A stretch of 64,000 nt of DNA. It comes from an uncultured Candidatus Saccharibacteria bacterium. Its GTDB lineage: Bacteria; Patescibacteriota; Minisyncoccia; Phycocordibacterales; UBA918. The DNA is taken from contig CAYOAM010000002.1 in the NCBI GenBank assembly GCA_964402035.1, positions 106,111 through 170,110 on the forward strand. The letters run 5' to 3'. Position numbers and translations under genes: made by a program. The notes below the pieces were generated by a model. The model made no database searches, was not told where the DNA came from, and worked only from the letters and a program-made list of their open reading frames with translations. Shown here piece by piece: positions 10,501 through 17,591 of the stretch. Numbering within the stretch: position 1 is the stretch's first letter; every line of letters starts with the position of its first letter.

Positions 10501-13500
10501 GCTTGCGGTACCTGCGGAAGCGCCATTGGAACGTAATGAAAGCAATCCCGTCTCAGTACCAGCAGCACCACCAACAACTTCCATTTTAGTGTTTGCTGCG
10601 GCGGTACCAAAGCCTACAAAACCATTATTGGTTATGCTCAATAATGATGTGGTGGCGGTAAGCGCGTCGCTTGAAGTCCCAATAGAAAAGGTACCGCCAA
10701 GATTTGAGAGTAACCAATGTTTATTGTCGGTACTTGCATCGATGTCTGAGAGCGCAAGATATGGAGTACTTGAGGCTACTTGCAGCGTCCAATTTGGCGT
10801 TGTTGTTCCAAGTCCAAAATTGCCGAGCGATGTAAGTCGCGCCATTTCTACCAAACCTACCGTTGCACTATTTTTTGTTGAAAATGTGAGCGCTGATTGT
10901 GGTGTTGCAATTGCAGTATTGGTAAACACCGCAGCAATGCGTGCAGTCGCCGTTGCATTTAATCCGGCGTCTTGTGTTGAGAATAATAAACCTGTCCCGA
11001 TGCCAGCCGCTGGTGCAGTTCCTGTTGCGCTGTGTGAAATCTGCATCACGTCCGCAATACCATTAAAGGTACTGTCGGTAATATTGGCATTTAACGCATA
11101 GATATTTGCGAGTGATGTTGAGCTTGCTTTGCTAAAACTTCCTTGCCCCGTCACCAACAACCCGCCATCACCAACATTTAAGCCCCCGTTGATGTATGCA
11201 TTGTTATCGACAACAAGGTTTTCGGCAATATTCACCTGATTTGCTGCGAGAGCTCCAATATTTGCTGCAGGCACATCTATTCCACCGATATCAAAAATGC
11301 GTAGTCCAGCACTATCGTCTGCCACATACGCAAATTTTCCAGCTACATAGGTTCCGAGCGCTGAGCCAACAGTGTCATACGTACCAACCTGATATGGTGC
11401 AGTTGCAGATGCGACATTGATAACAGAAATTCCCGATGCGCTATCGGCAATATACGCATATTTTCCCGTTACATAGATACCGTTTGCGGTACCAGCGGTG
11501 TCAAAATTGCCAACAATAGCAGGCTGCGAAGGATCCGCTACATCAATAATCTGAAGACCAGAACCACTATCAGCGATATATACATATTTACCAGCTTGTG
11601 CGACAGCAAGAGAGGAACCTGACGTATTTGTGGTACTTGCAAGCGTCGGCGAAGACGGATTTGAGATATCAATAGTTTGGAGACCTGCGTTTCCATCCGC
11701 AACGTAGGCGTATTTCCCGTTTACCACAACACCATTTGCAATACCAGACGTATTGAATGTGCCTGCGAGACGAGGAATAAATGGATTGCTGATATCGAGT
11801 ATCTGCAGACCGGCAGACCCATCAGCCACATACGCATACTGACCAGAAACATACACGCCGGATGCGAGACCGGGAGTGTTGTATAGGCGTGCCAAGCGTG
11901 GTGCAAAAGGATTACTGATATCAATGATTTGGAGACCAGCAGTATCGTCAGCGACGTACGCATATTTTCCCGCAACATATACGCCATACGAAGTACCTGA
12001 AGTGTCGTACGTACCCAGTAATGTCGGTAGATCGGGATTTGAAATATCAAAAATCTGGAGACCGGATGCGCTATCTGCGACATACGCGTATTTTCCTGAA
12101 ACAAATACCTGTCGTGCAAGTCCCAAAGTGTCATACGTACCCAACGGAATTGGATCACCTTGCGTTTGCACGAGAGTACCAGCATGCACCAAAATTTTTG
12201 TGGATGTCGCCACGTCGGTCGTTGTCGTGCCAATCGTGAGCTTGCCCCCCAGGTACATATTGCCGGTAGTCGTCGCCCCACCATTGATCGTAAGTCCAGT
12301 CTGCTGTGTACCACCACCAATTGTTGAAGACCCGACAGCCAATAGTGACGGCGCACCAAGTACCGTCCCATCAAATGTGAAGCCTGCATTTGATGTGAGC
12401 GTGTCGGTATCGGACCAATACGCGATACGGTTCGTATCACCCGATCCATCAATTGTTGAACCTGCACCAACACAGACATTGTTTACCGCAAAACAACCAG
12501 AAGCAATGTTGATGCCATTTACCGCAGTACTTGTTCCAGTACCCGTGACTGAAAATGAACGCGCAAGAGTTGTGGAGGAATTGGTAATACTAAAGAGTGA
12601 CGAGGTAGTAGTGAGATCATCACTCGAAGTGCCAATCGAGAAAATACCGCTAAGATTTGAAAAGAGCCAGTGTTTTTGATTTGTACCCGCATTGGTGTCG
12701 GTGATTGCAAGGTATGGAGTCGTTGACGCAACTTGCAGTGTCCACTGTGGTGTTGAGGTGCCAATACCGACATTCACAGCGTTACTACCTAACGCACCAA
12801 GTACCAATGCATTACTAATCTCAACAGCCGCATTGGCGCCGATAGCGGTTGCATTGTTGAGACTTGTCGCAATGCTCGATGCATTGGCTCCCAAGAAGGT
12901 GTTGTTGCTCCCCGATGAGAAAGTATTTCCTGCTTGATATCCGACGCCAGTATTGGTATTGCCTGATGAGTTCGAGAGTGCCGAATTACCAATAGCAGTA
13001 TTTTGATCTCCGGTAACATTACTGCCAAGCGCGCTATAGCCAAATGCACTATTTTCTGCACCATCATCATTTGCTCCAAGACTGCTGTTCCCAAATGCAT
13101 TGTTAAAACCACCAGAAACGTTTGCATCAAGTGCAGCACGTCCAAAAGCGCTGTTTGATTCGCCACTTTGGTTTGCATAGAGCGTTCCTTCTCCAAAGGC
13201 GCTATTGCTACCTCCCGCCGAATTGTATGTATACAATGCATTGTGACCAAACGCGGTATTGAATGCTCCCGTGGTATCGGATCTTAATGCGTTGAATCCA
13301 AAACCAGTATTCTGACCATTGGTCGATTTATTAAGTCCCGCACCAAGACCAGCAAACATACTTTCATTTTCAACAATTGAAAATACGGCCGCTTGATTGT
13401 ATGTCAAGATTTCTCCCGAAGAAGCATTGAAGTTTGTCGCGGTCGTAGTACCATTCACTGCGAGTCTGGTGATCGGCGTCGTGGTACCCACCCCCACATT

Positions 13501-14190
13501 TCCTCCATCGAGTACGGTAAACACTTCGGTTGCTCCATCAAAAATATTTAAAATATCTCCAGTACCACTTTGCGTGATCGTAAGTAGTGTCGAAGCAGAT
13601 GTACTTGCAAGTGAAGTCGACGTGTCACTTCGCAAAAATTGTGAAGACGTCAGTCCATCAAGACGATCTGCTTCAAAGGCGGCAGGAACGGTTCCTAAAA
13701 TTTTGCGTGGAGACATTTCCCCATCCCAACTTGGTGAGCCAGCAGAACCACCAACTTCAATACCCAGATACAGCGTTTGATTAAAATCGACTGATGTTAG
13801 CGCAGTACTACTTCCAAGCATCACACTAAAAAGTCCATTCCTAACTGTGATGCGATCTCCAGCCGCTGTACTTCGATCCTCGGTCCATACTGCAGTAGTT
13901 GTCGCGGCAGTCGGAGATGCGAGCAACCAGAATCGCATATGGTATGTTCCATCAGCAACCGTGACACCACCAGCATTCGTTAACTTGCCCTGATAATTTA
14001 TTTGAAAATTAGGCGCAGCTTCTGTTTGAGTAAATCCTACAAACACCATGGCAACAAAAAGACTCACAACACATGCAGTGCTGATTAATTTTCTTGCTAC
14101 CCAAGAACGATTTACTTTGTACATACTTAGCTTTTTCGACTGCTCTAAAAAAAGCGCTGCGTATTGCGCTCTCAATATTGTACCGTTCAA
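4576..14190 (-). CDS. Giant multi-domain surface protein of about 3200 aa with tail-fibre-like repeats, an LVIVD beta-propeller, a parallel beta-helix, a CBM-like domain and a C-terminal peptidase S74 intramolecular-chaperone domain.
   Basis: There is one uninterrupted 9.6-kb ORF. The N-terminal signal or TM segment is KLISTACVVSLFVAMVFVGF. The track start at 14190 is a TTG, and an ATG at 14124 (MYKVNRSW...) is the more likely start. Domain signatures are itemised in the sub-features below. Confidence 0.85.
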   Translation of the reverse strand: MNGTILRAQYAALFLEQSKKLSMYKVNRSWVARKLISTACVVSLFVAMVFVGFTQTEAAPNFQINYQGKLTNAGGVTVADGTYHMRFWLLASPTAATTTAVWTEDRSTAAGDRITVRNGLFSVMLGSSTALTSVDFNQTLYLGIEVGGSAGSPSWDGEMSPRKILGTVPAAFEADRLDGLTSSQFLRSDTSTSLASTSASTLLTITQSGTGDILNIFDGATEVFTVLDGGNVGVGTTTPITRLAVNGTTTATNFNASSGEILTYNQAAVFSIVENESMFAGLGAGLNKSTNGQNTGFGFNALRSDTTGAFNTAFGHNALYTYNSAGGSNSAFGEGTLYANQSGESNSAFGRAALDANVSGGFNNAFGNSSLGANDDGAENSAFGYSALGSNVTGDQNTAIGNSALSNSSGNTNTGVGYQAGNTFSSGSNNTFLGANASSIATSLNNATAIGANAAVEISNALVLGALGSNAVNVGIGTSTPQWTLQVASTTPYLAITDTNAGTNQKHWLFSNLSGIFSIGTSSDDLTTTSSLFSITNSSTTLARSFSVTGTGTSTAVNGINIASGCFAVNNVCVGAGSTIDGSGDTNRIAYWSDTDTLTSNAGFTFDGTVLGAPSLLAVGSSTIGGGTQQTGLTINGGATTTGNMYLGGKLTIGTTTTDVATSTKILVHAGTLVQTQGDPIPLGTYDTLGLARQVFVSGKYAYVADSASGLQIFDISNPDLPTLLGTYDTSGTSYGVYVAGKYAYVADDTAGLQIIDISNPFAPRLARLYNTPGLASGVYVSGQYAYVADGSAGLQILDISNPFIPRLAGTFNTSGIANGVVVNGKYAYVADGNAGLQTIDISNPSSPTLASTTNTSGSSLAVAQAGKYVYIADSGSGLQIIDVADPSQPAIVGNFDTAGTANGIYVTGKYAYIADSASGISVINVASATAPYQVGTYDTVGSALGTYVAGKFAYVADDSAGLRIFDIGGIDVPAANIGALAANQVNIAENLVVDNNAYINGGLNVGDGGLLVTGQGSFSKASSTSLANIYALNANITDSTFNGIADVMQISHSATGTAPAAGIGTGLLFSTQDAGLNATATARIAAVFTNTAIATPQSALTFSTKNSATVGLVEMARLTSLGNFGLGTTTPNWTLQVASSTPYLALSDIDASTDNKHWLLSNLGGTFSIGTSSDALTATTSLLSITNNGFVGFGTAAANTKMEVVGGAAGTETGLLSLRSNGASAGTASTLRFINSTTAAATQGRGEIAVIRSADTSADFVVRVANITPVVTEQFRINGQSGSIGFGTSSPSARFAIHTPASYGSTTLFALASSTATATTTLFSISNTGSTTARNGIDIATGCFAMNGTCLPATALTSLNGQTGATQIFATTSSDGGFGFSSGSNIHTLNIPQASSINALGLLTSSDFTIFGNKLGSTSIDTSAELLSILGDETGTGSLVFNTNPSFGGNVSFASTVTQNATTTYLVASSTIRIIGGTSFPTSPLEGTMYFRTDRGQMYTYASGTWQGDRSTATFIVAASDSNNKEKADYIADGVRDEVEINRAINAAYVAGNASSTHGGIVYLLEGNYYLGTSTRISTSESASIVLATGTTMIGAGNGTKLVVASSTLSDSVNNYAIYSVAPYVRVSNLSMDGNIHNHHVSQGWDGLYFNEGSASSTIENLYVQDFGGSNSAAVRVKANNVRIIDNQIIDSGDRSIYAGSANVGQYTYGLMVRGNTIRGSGVRGVDAAQLIGADVSHNNISGVAFDGIKIGEDSREVMVTDNILAYIAGSGIAVDYSFTPPRAITIRGNSISSTTGSAISAFGMSDSVIDGNVIYNAAGNSADSNIFLLGDQNIISNNQITDFEGTGYAIEISGFLAGSTDNTLSGNRYSGPGAERISDGGTNTRYLETNRITLDTPGEVGYSLLTMTGSTSVALANLTQLGTGDIFNLANVDGSLFTVTNTGRVGIGSTTPTAKLSINSDTPTYGSELITNGNFDTDASSWNLGACVAWSAGNIVSNVSGCTGSSASTTFAVVAGKTYQLTLNISSTTREQVTYFLSPSVNAYQNWGPFGAGTSTVTFDSGVTGTETITFTGNTVANTSAWALDSVSIKEISTTSRAFTINDISGIPILTLGGKQDGNIAIGSNALYTSTSSIQNVAIGDNALRNNTNGIENTAVGYNTLTFNTTGFYSVAVGTNALFSNTVGSNNTAVGTNALLNNTSGNYNTASGAFVLSSNTTGTYNTGNGYGALNSNTTGTFNTAVGWDALLRSTSGANSVAIGAAALYLNRSATATVAVGYGAGLGVSGVTASQNNVFIGTLAGSGNTTGNNNVLVGYGAGNNLTSGSNNIVLGYDIDAPNALATNTLNIGNILFGTNINGTQGTLSSGSLGIGTTTPNWTLQVASTSAYFALTDTDAGTDQKHWLLSNVGGVFSIGTSSDALTATSSRFTITQEGNVGLGMSNPTTRLQLPDDQYSSLGTSADAKFVWETADADANRLNLILPENDGTNVPVFVVGDASVDNVDLTVFNGASDPLVVVMNDGGTNYSSFDASGVFGLTNLSVTASDNLSLTSGTGASEAINFYTNAGSSLRMTVLNGGNVGIGTSSPNWTLNIASSTPYLALTDTDAGTNMKNWLISNLGGVFSIGTSTDSYSATSTKFSISMATTSINTGLDVYSGAITYDPVANNTYIERLNTGPIEFENDAGVLSWINLPISASSTSGAVQSFSAQIDSNQLFTIYGQSNGSGALQKARSVFGTSTNTVLDSTNVPYGSVLIADGALCVDNGAGNTCASSARTRGFVYAEGSSLAGLDLAEVYLSTDLTLQKGEVVMFDPDHARHVSRFDTAVASTTSTRFAGVVSSDPGLLLGGFTDDVTAEAKIPLALAGRVPVRVSNEGGVIAIGDPISVGGEPGYAARATSTGVIIGFALDAETFATTSTSTIDVFLNYTHRFADNDFYIDPVSGNIGIGTTSPQYALQVVGDVAAQSFVNVSTESAKKDITHISASTTDAIIADLKNIQVAQYRYNTEEESAPLRLGLIAEEAPSAVLSADGKGVDIYKLATFNIAATQALSLKVDSLETRVVSLETLLAGGGAAVGSSGVLGVLHDLGITIENGVAYFKGLFADTLTVGTSEKRTGITLYDEATGEPYCLSIENGETKTVAGECVVVRPVVEEIPNDPPIDPPPPAEDVPPEGGDPVIEPVPDPEPAPEQSPEPSPEPAPESGDGG
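4579..4750 (-). other. Pro/Glu-rich low-complexity C-terminal tail of the giant protein (PNDPPIDPPPPAEDVPPEGGDPVIEPVPDPEPAPEQSPEPSPEPAPESGDGG).
   Basis: Direct translation. The tail lies distal to the S74 autoproteolytic domain and would be released if self-cleavage occurs. Confidence 0.6.
5010..5330 (-). other. Peptidase S74 / intramolecular chaperone auto-processing domain (endosialidase and tail-fibre type) inside the giant protein.
   Basis: The segment STESAKKDITHI...LRLGLIAEEAPSAVLSADGKGVDIYKLATFNIAATQALSLKVDSLETRV matches the S74 consensus (SDERLKxNI ... GfIAQEvEEv.PE.V ... dG...v.Y..L.plLieAiKEL). A coiled-coil-like stretch follows. Confidence 0.65.
6301..6456 (-). repeat. Intragenic repeat module, copy 4 (GIGTSSPNWTLNIASSTPYLALTDTDAGTNMKNWLISNLGGVFSIGTSTDS).
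   Basis: It is one of four copies of a 150-nt, 50-aa module of consensus G[IL]GT[ST]TPNWTLQVAS.TPYLA[IL]TDTDAGT[ND]QKHWL[LF]SNLGG.FSIGTSSDALTAT. I verified it by reverse-complement translation. Confidence 0.8.
6935..7086 (-). repeat. Intragenic repeat module, copy 3 (LGIGTTTPNWTLQVASTSAYFALTDTDAGTDQKHWLLSNVGGVFSIGTSSDALTATSS).
   Basis: Same module as copy 4, verified by translation. Confidence 0.8.
7200..7710 (-). repeat. Second block of NT..G..AL-type short repeats (tail-fibre or phage-fibre-like: NTAVGYNTLTFNTTGFYSVAVGTNALFSNTVGSNNTAVGTNALLNNTSGNYNTASG...).
   Basis: Direct translation. The periodicity of about 13-15 aa also shows up in the antisense ORF 7070-7579 of the track. Confidence 0.6.
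8550..9300 (-). other. Right-handed parallel beta-helix (PbH1 / pectate-lyase-like) region of the giant protein.
   Basis: Repeated motifs NNQIIDSGDRSIYAGSAN, GNTIRGSGVRGVDAA, SHNNISGVAFDGIKIG, TDNILAYIAGSGIAVD, IRGNSISSTTGSAISAF and DGNVIYNAAGNSADSNIF have PbH1-type spacing. Confidence 0.6.
10664..10815 (-). repeat. Intragenic repeat module, copy 2 (GLGTTTPNWTLQVASSTPYLALSDIDASTDNKHWLLSNLGGTFSIGTSSDALTATTS).
   Basis: Verified by translation. Confidence 0.8.
11270..12150 (-). other. LVIVD-type repeat (beta-propeller) region, about eight repeats of YAYVAD..(A/S)GLQI(I/F)DISNP..P.
   Basis: Translated repeats such as GKYAYVADSASGLQIFDISNPDLPTLLGTYDTSG, GKYAYVADDTAGLQIIDISNPFAPRLA and GQYAYVADGSAGLQILDISNPFIPRLAG. 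Confidence 0.65.
12622..12775 (-). repeat. Intragenic repeat module, copy 1 (GIGTSTPQWTLQVASTTPYLAITDTNAGTNQKHWLFSNLSGIFSIGTSSDDLTTTS).
   Basis: Verified by translation. Confidence 0.8.
12840..13320 (-). repeat. First block of NT..G..AL-type tail-fibre-like short repeats (NTGFGFNALRSDTTGAFNTAFGHNALYTYNSAGGSNSAFGEGTLYANQSGESNSAFGRAALDAN...).
   Basis: Direct translation. Confidence 0.6.
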
Positions 14191-14261
14191 CCGCTTATTT
14201 TACGGATCAAAATTAGAAAAGTAGTGGATAAATATGTACCAAAATTTCCTCTAAAATTTTT
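14125..14261 (-). promoter_or_regulatory. AT-rich intergenic region upstream of the giant gene. It may carry a weak intrinsic terminator for the upstream Fn3 operon (minus-strand RNA AGCGC-AAUACGCA-GCGCU followed by seven U, at + strand 14147-14170) and a promoter for the giant gene.
   Basis: Seen in the sequence. The 5-bp GC stem plus U-tract is weak, and I recognised no consensus -35/-10 pair. Confidence 0.25.
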
Positions 14262-15833
14262 CTAAATTGTCGCTATTGTTTTCTTTTCTTGTTTACTGAG
14301 CTTTGTGTAGATAAGCAACAACATGAGTAATAGGAAAAAAGCGAACGTCCAGCGGCTAAGTATCGAAAGTATGTAATCGGTAAATGTTGTTTCAGGAACC
14401 GCAGTCATAGGGATCATGTTTAATGACGGAACAACGTGCAAGGTACCCTCCGCTTTTGAAAGACTTCTATTTTTGTAATCCAACACAAATACTGAAATCG
14501 GGTAACTACCGATATCTCGGATGGCCGAGATAAGTCCAGTATAAGCCGTTTTTTGTTTATTTATTCTCAATAAAAATGAAAATTCTTTAGTACTATCAAC
14601 AGAATCGTGCAAAGTAACAATGATAGTTTTTAGATGCTCAGGAAGCTCTTCATACGGTATATTTATTTCAAACGGACTTAAATTATCTATAGCTAGCTCT
14701 TTGCCGATGAATGAAACCTCCTTTCCGTTTTGATAAAAATGTATAGCACTAAATGAAAAAGGTTTATACAGGGGTGCAGTCTCGAATTCTTGTATCGGAG
14801 TGGGACTTTCAGAATTAGGATTCTGACGAGCAACCCGCACAATTGCGCCTGATGAGCTATTGCCGATTTTATCGTACGAGAATAGTGTATAGTAGTGCCG
14901 TTCTGAAGCGCTAAAAGCCCCATTATCACGAAAAGAAGTGTCTAACCCTTCATATATCAATTCACCATCAAATGGGTCTTTGGGATAGCTTATAGAGCTT
15001 CTTATGATGCGTACATGACTAAAGTCTTCACTTAGCGGATTTTTCCACATGAGCACAGCATCATTTCCGTCAGGGGCACCCCGCAAGAGGGAAACGTTTG
15101 GCGGGGCCTCTAGGTCGAGATCGCGATCAGTTACAAAAATATCTTGTCGTAGTACGGTCTCATTGCCTGATCGATCTGTCGCAATAATCCTAAATTCATA
15201 ACGAGTATGTGGCTTCAAATCTACAATGTGTGTGGAGTGTCGTCTTAGTAACGTTCGTTCTACTAAGGCACCCATTTCAAATGATGACGAAATCCCCCAC
15301 GAAACAGTTGCGCGCGTTGGAATTGAAGTCTCCCAGTATAAAGTTGCACTATGTTTATCAACGGTTATGCGAAAATTTGTGATCTGAGGAATGATAGGTA
15401 CTACAGCACCGCCTCCCCCTGCACCAGTTACAGTAGGACTTGAAGTCGCTAGAGCAAACGTTGTATCGGATGTGGTTGCTGAGCGTGCACTGATATTTCC
15501 GACGGCATCAAACGCCGTAATGTTGTAATCGTATGTCGTACTATCAGTAAGTCCGGTATCTGTGTATGCAAGAAGCGCTGTCGTTGCAATCTGGACGTTA
15601 TCACGAAAAATTTGATACCCAGTGACCGCTATATCATCGGTCGATGCATCCCAAGTAATATCAATAGCATCGCTATCCACCGCGGTTGCCAAAACATTCA
15701 GCGGTATAGTAGGAGCTCCCGTATCAGCCGCAACAACACTTTGCGAGATAGTAAATGTATCAGTAACAGCAAACGAGACATTATTACTAACCAGGATTGC
15801 ACATATAGTTATGAATAATAAAACATATTTCAT
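14262..15833 (-). CDS. Fibronectin type III domain membrane protein with an N-terminal signal peptide and a C-terminal TM anchor.
   Basis: The segment DAIDITWDASTDDIAVTGYQIFRDNVQIATT is Fn3-like, and a second Fn3-like segment follows (RITVDKHSATLYWETSIP). The signal peptide is MKYVLLFITICAILVSNNVSFA. The C-terminus has a hydrophobic helix (FAFFLLLMLLLIY) followed by a basic stretch. Confidence 0.7.
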   Translation of the reverse strand: MKYVLLFITICAILVSNNVSFAVTDTFTISQSVVAADTGAPTIPLNVLATAVDSDAIDITWDASTDDIAVTGYQIFRDNVQIATTALLAYTDTGLTDSTTYDYNITAFDAVGNISARSATTSDTTFALATSSPTVTGAGGGGAVVPIIPQITNFRITVDKHSATLYWETSIPTRATVSWGISSSFEMGALVERTLLRRHSTHIVDLKPHTRYEFRIIATDRSGNETVLRQDIFVTDRDLDLEAPPNVSLLRGAPDGNDAVLMWKNPLSEDFSHVRIIRSSISYPKDPFDGELIYEGLDTSFRDNGAFSASERHYYTLFSYDKIGNSSSGAIVRVARQNPNSESPTPIQEFETAPLYKPFSFSAIHFYQNGKEVSFIGKELAIDNLSPFEINIPYEELPEHLKTIIVTLHDSVDSTKEFSFLLRINKQKTAYTGLISAIRDIGSYPISVFVLDYKNRSLSKAEGTLHVVPSLNMIPMTAVPETTFTDYILSILSRWTFAFFLLLMLLLIYTKLSKQEKKTIATI

Positions 15834-16582
15834 AAGGCGAGCGCGGTAATTGTTGTTGTCGCTGTATATGTCCCTGGAGCCTGACTTACAGAACCTCCTA
15901 TGCCGACTCTGAAGCGTATTTGCGTCAAAGTCCCCGTGGGGGTATTCGCTGAAGATCTATACACAATTGTCTGTGCTACTGTCGAAAGTCCATCCCAGCA
16001 TGCAAAATTCGTGTCACCAGAGCCGGTATTGCAGCCTATCCCATCATCTTTGAATCGTGTTGCAATATCGGTACCTTCGGGAGAAAATCCAAGATGTGAT
16101 TCACTTGCCACCGTAGAGAATATGTAGTCGGGATTTGCACCAGCTGGTACATAATCCGCAATCGTATTTGCACCAAATTTCATTGCAGGGCTTGTCGAGG
16201 CAGCAATGGTGAGCTGATATCCACCTGAACTATCAGTAGTCGCAATAACGGTTGTAGATCCGTTACTTTCACCGCCCGTCACCCCACCGAGCGTAGGAGA
16301 CAGCGTAACATTAGTTGCACCAGAAAGTGCTAAATAGGCGGCCTGTAAGGCTTGGTAACCAGCACTCAGATTGTAGGAGGTGCTACTTGAAAAACCAGTT
16401 GCAACTTCCCCTATCGTATCTTCAAGTTTGTACGACGTCGACGAGCTAAATGATCCACCAATATTGATACTGTCGCTCTCGATACGATAACTAGTACTTT
16501 GCATGACTTGTGCCGATGCCGTAGACAGCGAGAGAAGAACAGTGACGACCGCAATACCAATGTGGCGTGGAGATTTACACAT
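15830..16582 (-). CDS. Secreted protein, paralog of 17592-18296. It is a possible WxL-like (degenerate) cell-surface protein.
   Basis: The signal peptide is MCKSPRHIGIAVVTVLLSLSTASAQ. The protein is S/T/G-rich. Shared paralog motifs are GY.[LM]TIAAS..PAM, DD...CNTGS.DT....CW.GLS and the C-terminal .GTYTATTT[IL]TA, which resembles the WxL C-terminal signature (..YT.TL.WTL) but lacks the Trp. Confidence 0.45.
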   Translation of the reverse strand: MCKSPRHIGIAVVTVLLSLSTASAQVMQSTSYRIESDSINIGGSFSSSTSYKLEDTIGEVATGFSSSTSYNLSAGYQALQAAYLALSGATNVTLSPTLGGVTGGESNGSTTVIATTDSSGGYQLTIAASTSPAMKFGANTIADYVPAGANPDYIFSTVASESHLGFSPEGTDIATRFKDDGIGCNTGSGDTNFACWDGLSTVAQTIVYRSSANTPTGTLTQIRFRVGIGGSVSQAPGTYTATTTITALAL

Positions 16583-16594
16583 AGATTTGACGCT

Positions 16595-17584
16595 TTACTT
16601 TCTCTTTATTTCAAATGTCCGTACTATAAAACGTATGCAGAAAAAGACGAGAGCTAGAGCCAGAACAGCGAGAGCTAACAGCTTCCAGGGGACTACGTAG
16701 AACGTGACGCTCTTGGTGTCAATAATATTGTCGTAGCCTCGATTAATTTTTATGTCTGCCGTGTATCGTCCAAAAAGATATGGCCTGTCCCAGCTCAGTT
16801 CACGAAGTCGTACTGATTGTGGCAATGAAAACCATGGGTCAGCGACAACAACGCCAACCTCCTCACCCAGCATATTTTTTATACTTAGAACGCCATAAGG
16901 ATTCAAATGTACCGAACCAGTGTTTTTGTACAGAACTTGAAAATGTATTGGCCCGTTTGCATAAAAAGGTGTATCAGGAATGGTTTTAAAACTCTGCAAC
17001 TCACCACTTTTTTCTATATCTCCGGGCACCGTGACAAAAAACAAAGCCCCGATTCGAGAAATGATAACTGAACCTGATTTTGCCCCACTCTGCACTGGCT
17101 TTTCTCCTGATTCTGGTACCGATGTCGTAGTAACAAGCACACTACCATACAACCCCCCCGGTTGCGCATCGGCAGGTACAGAAATAGTCACTGGTATACG
17201 AGCTCGCTCGCCCTGCCCTAGTTCAAACGTTTTTTCCGGAAACTTAAAGTAATCCTTAAGTGAGTACGGACCTCGATCGTCTCCAAGTAATACTACCGTC
17301 TGATCAGGATCATCAGAACCTTTTGTATCCTCAACCTCGAGTGAAAAAAGGCGTCTATCACCCATTCTATTCGTCACCATAAGCTCGACAACTCGATCCT
17401 TGCCTGCCTCTATTGTGAGATCTACTTTTGTTGGTCCTACAACAAAATCGCCAAAAACCTGATCACCGCCGGGAATCTGTTCAATTGGGTATGCAGCGTC
17501 AGCCAGTGGTATGCATATAAAAAAAGTACCAAAAAGCAGAAATAGAGCGGTGTATGGTACCACGCTACGTATTGTTAGATGCAT
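16595..17584 (-). CDS. Cell-surface protein with an N-terminal signal peptide, an Ig-like beta-rich ectodomain and a C-terminal TM anchor. Its architecture is DUF916/DUF3324-like (CscA-like).
   Basis: The N-terminus is MHLTIRSVVPYTALFLLFGTFFICIPLADA. The C-terminus is WKLLALAVLALALVFFCIRFIVRTFEIKRK. The segment VGPTKVDLTIEAGKDRVVELMVTN fits an Ig-like strand pattern. The gene sits between the two WxL-like paralogs. Confidence 0.4.
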   Translation of the reverse strand: MHLTIRSVVPYTALFLLFGTFFICIPLADAAYPIEQIPGGDQVFGDFVVGPTKVDLTIEAGKDRVVELMVTNRMGDRRLFSLEVEDTKGSDDPDQTVVLLGDDRGPYSLKDYFKFPEKTFELGQGERARIPVTISVPADAQPGGLYGSVLVTTTSVPESGEKPVQSGAKSGSVIISRIGALFFVTVPGDIEKSGELQSFKTIPDTPFYANGPIHFQVLYKNTGSVHLNPYGVLSIKNMLGEEVGVVVADPWFSLPQSVRLRELSWDRPYLFGRYTADIKINRGYDNIIDTKSVTFYVVPWKLLALAVLALALVFFCIRFIVRTFEIKRK

Positions 17585-17591
17585 ACCTGTA

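Noticed and set aside
6301-12775. A possible CRISPR array or other non-coding repeat array, suggested by the regularly recurring 150-nt element.
   Set aside because: The repeats are in frame within one ORF and are translated into a conserved protein module. The spacing between copies is irregular, in kilobases, and no cas genes are present. This is not a CRISPR array.
6314-12937. Many plus-strand ORFs of 60-267 aa inside the giant gene (for example 7070-7579, 10355-11101, 11876-12679 and 12692-12937), plus the out-of-frame minus ORF 11721-12479.
   Set aside because: They are antisense or alternate-frame shadows of the 9.6-kb ORF. Their peptides mirror the giant protein's internal repeats; for example ...VPIEKVPPRFE... 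is the reverse-strand reading of the FSIGTSSD module. No independent start, ribosome-binding site or terminator signals are present.
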